Shown: piece by piece, positions 54,128 through 63,545 of the stretch
Numbering within the stretch: position 1 is the stretch's first letter
How the letters are laid out: each line of letters starts with the position of its first letter
NCBI GenBank assembly: GCA_964484325.1
Contig: CAZAEE010000006.1
Span: 1,932-65,931, forward strand
Direction of reading: 5' to 3'
DNA from: an uncultured Gammaproteobacteria bacterium
Lineage (GTDB): Bacteria > Patescibacteriota > Microgenomatia > UBA1406 > GWC2-37-13
Length of the DNA stretch: 64,000 nucleotides
Made by a program: the position numbers and the translations under genes
Notes under the pieces: generated by a model
Database searches by the model: none
What the model was told of the DNA's origin: nothing
Seen by the model: the letters and a program-made list of their open reading frames with translations, nothing else

Positions 54128-54559
54128 TCAGGGACACGATCCAGTGCAGGATCCGTATGGGGTGATAATATAGACAGCACCCGTGGTTTCAAGAGTTGTT
54201 GAAATTTCGTAGTAACCGCAGTAGGCGCCACCGGGATTATTATTGCATCCGCTTCCTCTTGATCTATCAGTCCAAGCACTATATGTATATGTACTAAAAC
54301 TACTCGGAGGTGTTGGACCGATTTGCATATAACCACTAGAAACTAAAACAGCAGGTACTTGCCCATTGGTTGGGTAATAAGAAATATTACTTCGAAACTG
54401 TTCTAATGCTCCTCTTAACTGCTCCATATCTGTTTTTCGCCTGGCATCTCGTGACTGTTTAGAGACACTGGTGAAACTCAGTGCAGCCACACTCATCAAT
54501 AAAGCTAAAATAGCAATGACGACAAGCATTTCAATCAGCGTAAAACCGTTTTTTTTCAT
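54128..54559 (-). CDS. GspG-like prepilin-type pilin
   Basis: MKKNG/FTLIEMLVVIAILALL...SRDARRKTDMEQLRGALEQF. Confidence 0.82.
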   Translation of the reverse strand: MKKNGFTLIEMLVVIAILALLMSVAALSFTSVSKQSRDARRKTDMEQLRGALEQFRSNISYYPTNGQVPAVLVSSGYMQIGPTPPSSFSTYTYSAWTDRSRGSGCNNNPGGAYCGYYEISTTLETTGAVYIITPYGSCTGSCP

Positions 54560-54560
54560 A

Positions 54561-54986
54561 CTATTGCTGGTTGGTAACTGTAAATGGTGTAGAAGAACCT
54601 TCAAGATTTGCTGTGACTGAATAGTTTGTGTTTATAGGAGTATTCTCAGTATACGTATACCTATAATTGACGGATGGACTTCCATACGCGGCATTAATTG
54701 GATCTAAAACTGCAATCGAATTTGACGAATCACACGATGCAAGTACGGCTCCATCCAATAATCTTGTAGAAATTGTCGGATAAGCTTGATTAGCCGCAAA
54801 GTACGTCTCCATACATTTTTGAAGAGTTAACAGATCTCCACGTCTTTTGACATCTCGAGCTTTTTTTTGGGCTGCTGAAAAGGAAACAGTCACAAAACTT
54901 ACGAGAATACTAATTATTCCGACAACAACCAATATTTCAATTAACGTGAAACCTCTTTTTTTACGATGAGTATTTATGATTTTCAT
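54561..54986 (-). CDS. GspG-like prepilin-type pilin
   Basis: KKRG/FTLIEILVVVGIISIL...ARDVKRRGDLLTLQKCMETY. Confidence 0.82.
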   Translation of the reverse strand: MKIINTHRKKRGFTLIEILVVVGIISILVSFVTVSFSAAQKKARDVKRRGDLLTLQKCMETYFAANQAYPTISTRLLDGAVLASCDSSNSIAVLDPINAAYGSPSVNYRYTYTENTPINTNYSVTANLEGSSTPFTVTNQQ

Positions 54987-55405
54987 GGTGAATTAATAGT
55001 AAAACATTTAGCGCTTGAACAGGTAAACCCTCCGGGACATGTAACCCCAACCGGGTCTCCGCCATTTTCAAGACAAGACGACAGTGAATATGTCCTTGTG
55101 GCAGATGTGTAGGCATAGTAATACGTACCTGATGCTATTGGATCAGTTGGCATTATTGCTATATATGTCGGGCTTAAATAAGTACCTAAACTGGAATATC
55201 CTGCTGCATTAGGATAGTCTGGAGAAGATTGATCATTTTTATACAACTCAAGCGCACTCTGCAGTTGTTTCATGTCATTTTTCCGCTGAGCATCACGACC
55301 TCGCTGACGAGCTGCGATAAAGTTTGGTACTGCCAAGATCGACAATATACCAATTATGGCAATGACTATTAATAATTCTAATAATGTAAACCCGTTTCTT
55401 TGCAT
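54983..55405 (-). CDS. GspG-like prepilin-type pilin (first gene of the minus-strand pilin operon)
   Basis: MQRNG/FTLLELLIVIAIIGIL...GRDAQRKNDMKQLQSALELY. Confidence 0.82.
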   Translation of the reverse strand: MQRNGFTLLELLIVIAIIGILSILAVPNFIAARQRGRDAQRKNDMKQLQSALELYKNDQSSPDYPNAAGYSSLGTYLSPTYIAIMPTDPIASGTYYYAYTSATRTYSLSSCLENGGDPVGVTCPGGFTCSSAKCFTINSP

Positions 55406-55439
55406 TTAGTTTAATACTAGAGGAGCGTATAAGGAAAAG

Positions 55440-56096
55440 TCAAGAAGCATTTTTTGCTGACTGTTTTTTAAAAAAAATCAGGTAATTATCTACAGACAGT
55501 TGGGGATTGGTATTGTTGTTCTGAAGCAACTGTTTGACTACTAATGCTCTTTTCATGATTTCGGTGACAGATGATAAAGATAGATACTGATTTCTAAGAA
55601 ATACAATAGAAGCATCGACCAGTTCAATGGCTTTTTCCCGAGTAATACCCTGTATCAGCGCATCGCCAAGATAGGCAAAAGTATTTTTCTCAATTATTGA
55701 CGTAAAAAAAGCGTCATAGCCCTTCTCAATAGTTTCATGTGTGTTTTTTAAAAAAATATGGCGACTTCTTGAGCGAATTGTCGGGAGAACTCTCTCTGCA
55801 TTATTTGTAATTAGAAGAAACTGATTGCTCGCTGTTTTTTCCTCAAGCGTTTTGAGAAGTGCATTCTGTGCTTCGACAGAAGCAGTCTCAAATGAAAAGA
55901 GGATAATAAGCCGTCGTTGACTTACCTGAGTCACTGTTTGCATTTTCAGTGCGCGAATCGTATCGATGCCCAGTTCTTTCTTTTCTGGCTGGTATTTCAA
56001 AACAGAGAACGATGAAATCTGATGTTTGTCAATGTAGTGAGTAATAAACTCATCTACAGCCTCTGGGAGATCTGACTCGATAATTATAGGCAGCAT
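55440..56096 (-). CDS. DNA polymerase III delta-prime-like (HolB-like) protein without P-loop
   Basis: ...RRLIILFSFETASVEAQNALLKTLEEKTASNQFLLITNN...LPTIRSRS. No GxxGxGK at the N-terminus. Confidence 0.55.
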   Translation of the reverse strand: MLPIIIESDLPEAVDEFITHYIDKHQISSFSVLKYQPEKKELGIDTIRALKMQTVTQVSQRRLIILFSFETASVEAQNALLKTLEEKTASNQFLLITNNAERVLPTIRSRSRHIFLKNTHETIEKGYDAFFTSIIEKNTFAYLGDALIQGITREKAIELVDASIVFLRNQYLSLSSVTEIMKRALVVKQLLQNNNTNPQLSVDNYLIFFKKQSAKNAS

Positions 56097-56099
56097 ATA

Positions 56100-56128
56100 T
56101 TGAATTCTACCAAAATAGTCATTATAGT
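56100..56128 (+). promoter_or_regulatory. Promoter TTGAAT-N17-TATAGT, 7 nt before the pilB ATG (leaderless)
   Basis: TTGAAT 56100-56105, TATAGT 56123-56128, ATG 56136. Confidence 0.6.
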
Positions 56129-56135
56129 TAAAAGT

Positions 56136-57848
56136 ATGTTGATTTCTCCCAAGTCATTTTTGAAGTCGCTCGTCACCTCAGGCGTCATTGATCAGTCAAC
56201 AGCTGATACTTACGAAGTTGAGTCGCTCAAAAACAATCAACCGATTGATCAATTTCTTCTTGAACATAGTGAAATACCGCATGATGTCATTCTGAAAACG
56301 AAAGCGCAAATTATGGAGGTACCGTATATAGACATTGCCCAAGCTGCTGTTGATCCTCAAGCACTCACACACATTCCAGAATCTGTTGCCCGCCGGTACT
56401 CAATTTTACCGTATCAATTTAATGTTAAAGAAGACAGCATCCTTGTGGCCACTACCGATCCTCTCAACTTGACATTAGCTGATTTTCTGGAGAAAAAAAC
56501 CGGTAAAAAAATCATTTTTTCCCTGACGGTTTCTGAGGATCTTGAAAAAGCCATTAATTTATCATATACCCAAGGTCTTTCTCCAGAAGTAAAGGAAGCG
56601 CTAAAAGAAGTTGTACCTCAAGAGTTAAAAACTCAGACATCAATACAAAGTCCAACGATTCGTGAAGCTCCAATTGCCAAAATCGTCAACACTATATTGG
56701 AGTTTGCGGTGAAGAGCCGGGCTTCTGATATTCATATTGAACCACAAGAAACCAAAACAATTGTCCGCTACCGCATCGACGGCATTTTACAGGAAAAATT
56801 GTCTCTTCCACGAACCATACATGATTCTTTACTTTCAAGGATAAAAATCCTCTCAGAGATGAAGATAGACGAACACCGTATTCCCCAGGATGGTCGGTTC
56901 GAGTATAAAATCGGTATCAAGGAAATCGATCTTCGTGTATCGACGCTCCCAACGGTTAATGGTGAAAAAGTCGAGATGAGACTACTTGAAAAAACAGGCG
57001 GATTACCATCTTTAACTGAACTTGGACTTCGAGGCACAGAACTCAAGGCACTTGAGGAAACGATTACAAGACCATATGGTATTATTCTTGTCACCGGTCC
57101 GACCGGTTCAGGTAAAACAACAACACTTTACTCAATTTTGTCCCGGCTGAACAAACCAAGTTTAAACATCGTTACGATAGAAGACCCTGTCGAATACCAT
57201 ATCGGAGGCATTAATCAGGTGCAAATCAACCCTCAAGCTGGATTGACTTTTGCGACCGGTCTACGCGCTTTCCTGAGACAGGATCCAAATATCATTCTTG
57301 TTGGAGAGATTCGCGACAAAGAAACCACACAGCTGGCTATCCAAGCAGCCCTTACCGGTCATTTGGTGTTTTCCACTCTTCACACTAACAATGCTGCAAC
57401 AGCTATTCCTCGTATGATCGATCTTGGCGGAGAGCCATTTCTGATAGCTACAGTCCTTATCACATCAATTGCGCAGCGTATAGTTCGTAAAGTTTGCAGT
57501 TTCTGTAAACAAACCTACGATTCTCCACCTGAGATAGAACAAGACATTAAACTGATGCTAGGTGATCTTTTGCCAAAAGTCTATCGCGATGGTCAAAAAA
57601 TTAAACTAACAAAAGGTGCCGGTTGTGATGAATGTGGGCGAACTGGCTATCTAGGGAGAATCGCTATTTTTGAAGTGTTGAAAATCACCCCAGCAATCAA
57701 TAGAATGATTTTACAGGAGTCAACCGCAAAAGAGATAGAGACACAAGCCAGAAAAGAAGGTATGATAAATATGAAACAAGATGGATATTTAAAAGCATTA
57801 GATGGTATAACTACTATAGAGGAAATATTACGAGTTGCTGAATCTTAA
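56136..57848 (+). CDS. pilB: Type IV pilus assembly ATPase PilB (GspE family)
   Basis: T2SSE N-domain, Walker A GPTGSGKTT, Asp/His boxes, tetracysteine CSFC...CDEC. Confidence 0.92.
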   Translation: MLISPKSFLKSLVTSGVIDQSTADTYEVESLKNNQPIDQFLLEHSEIPHDVILKTKAQIMEVPYIDIAQAAVDPQALTHIPESVARRYSILPYQFNVKEDSILVATTDPLNLTLADFLEKKTGKKIIFSLTVSEDLEKAINLSYTQGLSPEVKEALKEVVPQELKTQTSIQSPTIREAPIAKIVNTILEFAVKSRASDIHIEPQETKTIVRYRIDGILQEKLSLPRTIHDSLLSRIKILSEMKIDEHRIPQDGRFEYKIGIKEIDLRVSTLPTVNGEKVEMRLLEKTGGLPSLTELGLRGTELKALEETITRPYGIILVTGPTGSGKTTTLYSILSRLNKPSLNIVTIEDPVEYHIGGINQVQINPQAGLTFATGLRAFLRQDPNIILVGEIRDKETTQLAIQAALTGHLVFSTLHTNNAATAIPRMIDLGGEPFLIATVLITSIAQRIVRKVCSFCKQTYDSPPEIEQDIKLMLGDLLPKVYRDGQKIKLTKGAGCDECGRTGYLGRIAIFEVLKITPAINRMILQESTAKEIETQARKEGMINMKQDGYLKALDGITTIEEILRVAES

Positions 57849-57870
57849 GTTATACAATTTAAATATATAT

Positions 57871-58926
57871 ATGGAAGATATACACACCTTATTAAAAACT
57901 GTTATTGATAGAGGAGCATCAGATCTTCATCTTATACCAGAGTATTTTCCCGCAATACGTATCAACAGTGAACTTATTTCACTGAAAACGAGTCCCATTT
58001 TGACCGAAGAAACTGCCAAAGTCATGCTATTTTCCATTCTGTCAGATGAACAAAAAGAAAACCTTCTGGCAAATAAGGAGATTGACTTCGGGTATGAATA
58101 TGCCAACAACCGATTTCGCGTGAATGCGTATTATGTAAAAAGTAAACTTGCCTGTGCTTTTCGTGCCATTCCAGCAACTATTCTGACATTAGAGGATCTG
58201 CATCTTCCCCAGATTTTTCACAAGTTTGGCAAACTAAATGAAGGACTGGTTCTTATTACCGGACCAACGGGCGAAGGGAAGTCTACTACTCTTGCCTCAA
58301 TCATCAACGAGATTAATCACACAACAGCTAAACACATCGTCACCATCGAAGATCCGATTGAGTTTGTTTATCCAAAAGAAATGTCCATTATCTCTCAACG
58401 TGAACTTCATCAGGATACTCATTCTTGGATGATTGCTTTGCGCTCAGTTTTGAGAGAAGATCCTGACGTTGTACTTGTTGGCGAAATGAGAGATTATGAC
58501 ACAATTCAAGCAGTATTAACCATTGCCGAAACTGGCCATTTGGTGTTTTCCACTCTTCACACAAGTACCACTCCCGATGCCATAAACCGCATCATTGATG
58601 TCTTTCCAGCTCATCAGCAGAATCAAATCCGCTCTCAACTTTCATCAGTTTTAAAGGCAGTTATTAGCCAGCGATTGCTACCTAATATTACCAATAACGG
58701 TCGAGTACCTGCTGCCGAAATTTTGTTAAATATTCCCGCAGTATCCTCAATAATTCGCGAGGGTAAGGTCTACCTGCTTGACAATGTGCTTGAAACTGAA
58801 GAACAGCAGGGAATGCTTCTTTTTGAAAAATCCCTCCTTAAATTAGTTCAAGAAGGTGCCATCACACAAGAAATTGCTGAGAAATATGCTCTGCGGGCAA
58901 ATGAGTTTAAAAAATTTTCAATGTAA
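57871..58926 (+). CDS. pilT: Twitching-motility retraction ATPase PilT
   Basis: GASDLHL, GPTGEGKST, VLVGEMRD, GHLVFSTLHT; ~350 aa. Confidence 0.9.
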   Translation: MEDIHTLLKTVIDRGASDLHLIPEYFPAIRINSELISLKTSPILTEETAKVMLFSILSDEQKENLLANKEIDFGYEYANNRFRVNAYYVKSKLACAFRAIPATILTLEDLHLPQIFHKFGKLNEGLVLITGPTGEGKSTTLASIINEINHTTAKHIVTIEDPIEFVYPKEMSIISQRELHQDTHSWMIALRSVLREDPDVVLVGEMRDYDTIQAVLTIAETGHLVFSTLHTSTTPDAINRIIDVFPAHQQNQIRSQLSSVLKAVISQRLLPNITNNGRVPAAEILLNIPAVSSIIREGKVYLLDNVLETEEQQGMLLFEKSLLKLVQEGAITQEIAEKYALRANEFKKFSM

Positions 58927-58929
58927 ATA

Positions 58930-60132
58930 ATGTACTTCAGATATAAAGCAATAAAAGACAACAAAGTTGTCACTGGGAGAGTTGATGCAGAAACTGACAC
59001 TGAAGCAGTCGCTCTCCTTAAACGCAGTGATTATCTGCCAATACATGTCAACAAACAAGAAACATTTTTGGATTCGATAAAAAACGCCTTTGTCGACAAA
59101 GTCAGATTTAATGATGTTGTTGATATGACGCGACAAATTGCGATCATGTTGAATGCCGGTTTAACATTAATCGACTCGTACTCAATACTGAAAAAACAGA
59201 CAACCAAACCGGCAATTTTATCCATGATAGATACCATCGAAAGAACCTTAAGGGAAGGAAAAAATCTTTCAGACGCGCTTCGTATTTACCCAAATCAGTT
59301 TTCACATCTTTACATATCCCTGGTTAAAGCAGGAGAAGCTTCGGGTAAACTAGGTGAGATTTTCTTGAAGCTGGCAGATGATCTGGAAAAACAACGGGAA
59401 TTTAGGAGTAAAATACGGTCTACACTGGCTTATCCTGCGTTTATCATTATCATAGTCATTATAGTAATGTTTATTATGATGACATTTGTCATTCCTCAAC
59501 TTCTTGGTCTTTTTCAAAGTTTTCAAGTTGATTTACCAATCCAAACAAAAATTCTCATTGCTGTTTCTTCGTTTTTCGCTCATTTTTGGCCATTTATTAT
59601 ACTAGTCACTTTGTTAGGAGTCTTTTTTTTAAGAAATTATTTCTCCACTCCTATTGGAAAACAAATTTTTGACTCATCTGTATTGAAAATTCCCGTAATT
59701 GGTGATGTACTGCGAATGAGTGTGCTTGTATATTCAACACGCACTTTATCTGTACTTATATCTGCTGGGGTGTCAATGTTGGAGAGTATCACCATTATTA
59801 CTCAAACCACGACAAACACAATTTATCAAGCTGCTTTTAAAAATGTCTATAAACAAGTTGAAAAAGGAGTCACTCTCGGACAAGCGCTTAAAAATGAGGA
59901 AATATTCCCGCCAATGTTTATCCAGATGGCACTGGTAGGTGAACAAACTGGCCATTTGGACGAGACTTTAATGAGAGTATCAAAATATTTTGAAAGTGAG
60001 TCAGATATTGTAGTTAAAACATTAACGACCTTTATTGAACCAGCGATATTAATATTCTTAGGTTTAGGTGTAGGATTTCTTGTTTACTCAATTATTACAC
60101 CTATATATACATTAACAACTTCAATTAAGTAA
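58930..60132 (+). CDS. pilC: Type IV pilus platform protein PilC (GspF family)
   Basis: Two T2SSF repeats (LNAGLTLIDS..., ISAGVSMLES...), 3 TM, 400 aa. Confidence 0.9.
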   Translation: MYFRYKAIKDNKVVTGRVDAETDTEAVALLKRSDYLPIHVNKQETFLDSIKNAFVDKVRFNDVVDMTRQIAIMLNAGLTLIDSYSILKKQTTKPAILSMIDTIERTLREGKNLSDALRIYPNQFSHLYISLVKAGEASGKLGEIFLKLADDLEKQREFRSKIRSTLAYPAFIIIIVIIVMFIMMTFVIPQLLGLFQSFQVDLPIQTKILIAVSSFFAHFWPFIILVTLLGVFFLRNYFSTPIGKQIFDSSVLKIPVIGDVLRMSVLVYSTRTLSVLISAGVSMLESITIITQTTTNTIYQAAFKNVYKQVEKGVTLGQALKNEEIFPPMFIQMALVGEQTGHLDETLMRVSKYFESESDIVVKTLTTFIEPAILIFLGLGVGFLVYSIITPIYTLTTSIK

Positions 60133-60224
60133 TTGCAGTTAAGATATAAAAACTTTATAAAATGCTCTTGACAACTAGGAAACCTTCTGTATATGATGAA
60201 ATCAATTACAATTTTTCTAAATTT

Positions 60225-60755
60225 ATGAAAAAATTCCAAAAAGGTTTTACGCTCATCGAGCTTATCATAGTCATAGCTATCATAGCTATTTTAGCAGTTG
60301 GTATCATAGCCGCCCTTAATCCGGTAGAACAAAGTAACCGTGCCAATGATGGCCGCTTCAAAAATACCTTGAATGAGCTAATGAGTGCCGTTCAACGATA
60401 TTATGCAAGCACCAATCCGAATACTATTCCATTTTGTACTTCGGGTACATCGACTGGATGTATGGGTAGTACTGGAACGCCAATATCAACAGCTGCCGAT
60501 ACAGCAACATCAACTGTTCTGAATAAGCTTGTAACTAATAGTGAAATCACACCGAACTTCACGACTGTTGCAGCAAACGATTTCACCAAAATTACTGCGG
60601 CATACTATAGTGCTTCAGGAAAGGTGAGTCTTTGTTTCAAACCATCGTCTCAAGCAGCTTCAACTGACAGTGTAAGTAAGTACACTGATTCGACAGGAGC
60701 GACAACCTGTGCAGGTCCAACGTATACCACATGTTGGTTCTGTATCGTTCAGTAA
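60225..60755 (+). CDS. Type IV pilin, candidate major pilin (paralog 1)
   Basis: MKKFQKG/FTLIELIIVIAIIAILAVGIIAALNPVEQSNRANDGRFK. Ser/Thr-rich, Cys-containing C-domain, followed by a strong terminator. Confidence 0.85.
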   Translation: MKKFQKGFTLIELIIVIAIIAILAVGIIAALNPVEQSNRANDGRFKNTLNELMSAVQRYYASTNPNTIPFCTSGTSTGCMGSTGTPISTAADTATSTVLNKLVTNSEITPNFTTVAANDFTKITAAYYSASGKVSLCFKPSSQAASTDSVSKYTDSTGATTCAGPTYTTCWFCIVQ

Positions 60756-60770
60756 AGCAACACTAAAATT

Positions 60771-60802
60771 AAAAACGCACTCTTTGGAGTGCGTTTTTTT
60801 TA
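60771..60802. terminator. Bidirectional rho-independent terminator (A5-acgcactc-tttg-gagtgcgt-T8)
   Basis: 8-bp GC-rich stem 60775-60782/60787-60794 flanked by A and T runs, between convergent genes. Confidence 0.85.
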
Positions 60803-62791
60803 TTTGATAACTTTTGTGATGTCTTTCCTAAAGAGAGAGTGATAATCTCTTGCTATTTGATCAAGGTGAGATTGATTTACTCCGCACTGTTTGGAGATAA
60901 GATAGAGCTCTATATAAAACGTCTGCCAAAGAGGCAATAATGCATGAGCTTGCTCGATGTACTTTACCGAGTCGCGGCAATTTCTCGAGCTCTCATAAAG
61001 AGAAACTGCCAAACCCTCATACGCGAATTGATTTTGGTTATCAATTGTCAAGGCGCGGTGAAAAAAAGGTATGGCGGCTTTTGGATCTTGATAATTGTTT
61101 GAGATAAAATTGGCTGTGTGAACAAGAAACTGAGAGTAAATGTACGGTATATCAGTTGCCATAAGATTACTCTCAGCAGCAGTTAAAGAGTTTCGAGTAG
61201 GAACAGGACTGCGATTCCACTCTTGAGTGAGTTGCTTAATGTATTCATCTTTTGACGGTAACTTTTTCTTATCAACCACCTCAAATACCAGTCTTCTAGG
61301 CAGCAAAATAAGGTTGTTATTACTGGTACTTGTAATGTATGTCGTGTATATCGGGCGAGCTTTTTGTAAATCAATGAGGGCATTATATGTTGACTGATCG
61401 TTGGAATTGGACGATTTTCTTTTATTAAAGTCACTTATGTACTTATCAACGTAGTTGCCCCCTCCTGAAAAGGGCGGATTAATAAGCAATATATCGTTTC
61501 GATAATGTAATACGTGATAAACGTACCAGATATTAAAGGTACTGGTATCTCCTTCAAGTGATAAAATAGCATTCTTTGGAGTATTCGAGAGAATGTCTTC
61601 TGCAAAAGTGTTGCCTATCTTAATTTTTGACATATCTGTTTTGGGCATGTTTTTCAAGATTAATAAAACCGGAATTAAGAAAAAAGTTACCATTATCAAT
61701 CGATTAAACTGTTTCCGTATTGAAAGTTTTTTAAGTAATTTTTCAAACTCTAAAAACCCGTATGGGATGAAAAAAAACACGATTGTCGTTGAAGTGACAA
61801 AAAATCTCTCAACTACGCTTAGAGAAATACTCTTGTAAGCCAGAGGTGTGGCTATAAAAATAAAGTAAGGTCCTGACAACAGAAAAGCTATCAATAAACT
61901 AAATGCTAAAAACTTTTGTTTTTTAAGCAAGTTATAAAAACCTAAGATCATTATGAAAAAAATCGGATATGAGTAAAGCTGAAGCAAATCTACAAAATAG
62001 CGTTTAATAAATACTAACTTGTATATCAAAGGTAAGTTATTTACTGGTAGTAGAACTGCGGCCGAAATATTATAGTTTTTAAGGAAAAAAAGGTGCATGA
62101 AGTTATCCAGGTTCGTTACAGAATCCCAGTTAATTGGCGGGTTATGTGAGGCGGCAAGAGGTACATAGATATATACGAGTGACCCCAGAACAAATAGGCC
62201 AATTGAATAGAGTAGAGTTTTTTTATGAGAAAAAATAAGTTTGATATGCCTCAAAAACAGTAAGGCAACACCGGCGAATAGAAAAACAATACTATGATGA
62301 TGCGCAACAGCCAGTCCACAAAATAATGCCGTCAAATATAGATCTTTCGCTTGTTTCTTTTGGTAGAAAGAAATTGAATAATAGAGAATGATAATAATTA
62401 ATGCATTATTGAGGCCAAAAACTTCTGGTATTTCTGCAAAAAACCAGAAGTAGTATGAAAATGCCAAAATAAGTGTCGACAGGATTGCTAGTTGAGTTTT
62501 TTTAGTAACTTCGAGGGTAAACTTATAAAAATAGATCAGTCCAATCAAAGAGGAAAATACCGACACCAATGCAACTCTACTCACCTGAGGCAACCAAAAT
62601 AGCGGTAAATGACAAAGTATACCTCCAAGGACAGTAAATAGGGGATAACCAGATGGGTGAGCTACTCCCCAAATACATGATGCAGTTGTTAGATCACCTA
62701 TGTCACCACCGAAAATATCTCTAATAACGTTATGAAAATAGAGTGCAAAAATAGAGCCAAAAAGAAGAAAAACAACAGGTTTAATACGCAT
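60800..62791 (-). CDS. DUF2723/TMEM260-like polytopic membrane glycosyltransferase-like protein with C-terminal TPR-like domain
   Basis: GGDIGDLTTASCIWGVAHPSGYPLF N-terminal motif, ~11 TM, helical-repeat C-terminus. Confidence 0.65.
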   Translation of the reverse strand: MRIKPVVFLLFGSIFALYFHNVIRDIFGGDIGDLTTASCIWGVAHPSGYPLFTVLGGILCHLPLFWLPQVSRVALVSVFSSLIGLIYFYKFTLEVTKKTQLAILSTLILAFSYYFWFFAEIPEVFGLNNALIIIILYYSISFYQKKQAKDLYLTALFCGLAVAHHHSIVFLFAGVALLFLRHIKLIFSHKKTLLYSIGLFVLGSLVYIYVPLAASHNPPINWDSVTNLDNFMHLFFLKNYNISAAVLLPVNNLPLIYKLVFIKRYFVDLLQLYSYPIFFIMILGFYNLLKKQKFLAFSLLIAFLLSGPYFIFIATPLAYKSISLSVVERFFVTSTTIVFFFIPYGFLEFEKLLKKLSIRKQFNRLIMVTFFLIPVLLILKNMPKTDMSKIKIGNTFAEDILSNTPKNAILSLEGDTSTFNIWYVYHVLHYRNDILLINPPFSGGGNYVDKYISDFNKRKSSNSNDQSTYNALIDLQKARPIYTTYITSTSNNNLILLPRRLVFEVVDKKKLPSKDEYIKQLTQEWNRSPVPTRNSLTAAESNLMATDIPYIYSQFLVHTANFISNNYQDPKAAIPFFHRALTIDNQNQFAYEGLAVSLYESSRNCRDSVKYIEQAHALLPLWQTFYIELYLISKQCGVNQSHLDQIARDYHSLFRKDITKVIK

Positions 62792-62924
62792 CAGAGGCTA
62801 TCATAATATGATAATATCGTTATACTTTATCATAAAGTTTAATTTTTTTCGAGCATCTTTAAATAAATCCTTCTATATAAGTTCTCTTGACAAACTATTT
62901 TAATTTATATTAAGATCAATTTAT

Positions 62925-63533
62925 ATGAATATTACTAAATGGTCATTGATGGTGACTAAGGGCGGATTTACACTCATCGAACTTATAATTGTTATAACAA
63001 TTATAGCTATCTTAGCTATTGGCATTATCGCAGGACTTAATCCAATTGAGCAGAATAGTCGTGCTAGAGATGCTCGATTTAAACATGAAATTAATGAACT
63101 TATGTCTGCTATGCAAAGATATTATACGAGTCAACATTTAAGCCCTTTTTGTGATCCCAGCGCTACTCCAAATTGTATAGATCGAGGCCCCTACCACTTA
63201 AACTCAGCAAGAGATGTTAATAATGTGTCTAATATTTGGGGCCAGGGTTCCGGTTTCAAATTAACTAATGCAGCTGAAGTCACAGATAGTTTTATAAATT
63301 CTGTTGGACTTACAGGCTGTGCAGGTAATACTTGTGACGCCTTTAAAATTATCATAACTTATTTAGCAGCCACCAATCAAACAAATGTTTGTTTTGCACC
63401 TATATCTAATGCAGCGTCCGTAGTTGGAACTTCAAATGCGTACTGGTGCGATGGCTCAAATGGCCCTTCCCAGCCTTTAACTTGTAATATTGGTTTCGGT
63501 AATCTCAAAAATTTCTATTGCTTGGAACAGTAA
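62925..63533 (+). CDS. Type IV pilin (paralog 2)
   Basis: MNITKWSLMVTKGG/FTLIELIIVITIIAILAIGIIAGLNPIEQNSRARDARFK. TTGACA 62887-62892. Confidence 0.82.
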   Translation: MNITKWSLMVTKGGFTLIELIIVITIIAILAIGIIAGLNPIEQNSRARDARFKHEINELMSAMQRYYTSQHLSPFCDPSATPNCIDRGPYHLNSARDVNNVSNIWGQGSGFKLTNAAEVTDSFINSVGLTGCAGNTCDAFKIIITYLAATNQTNVCFAPISNAASVVGTSNAYWCDGSNGPSQPLTCNIGFGNLKNFYCLEQ

Positions 63534-63545
63534 CCTACACTTCAT

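Noticed and set aside
772-57094. Many 60-140-aa ORFs nested in or antisense to long genes (e.g. 772-1002, 10635-10943, 13578-13775, 23043-23474, 29764-30060, 39031-39351, 47597-47911, 56768-57094)
   Set aside because: These are shadow ORFs within confidently assigned genes. Their composition is atypical and they have no independent signals.
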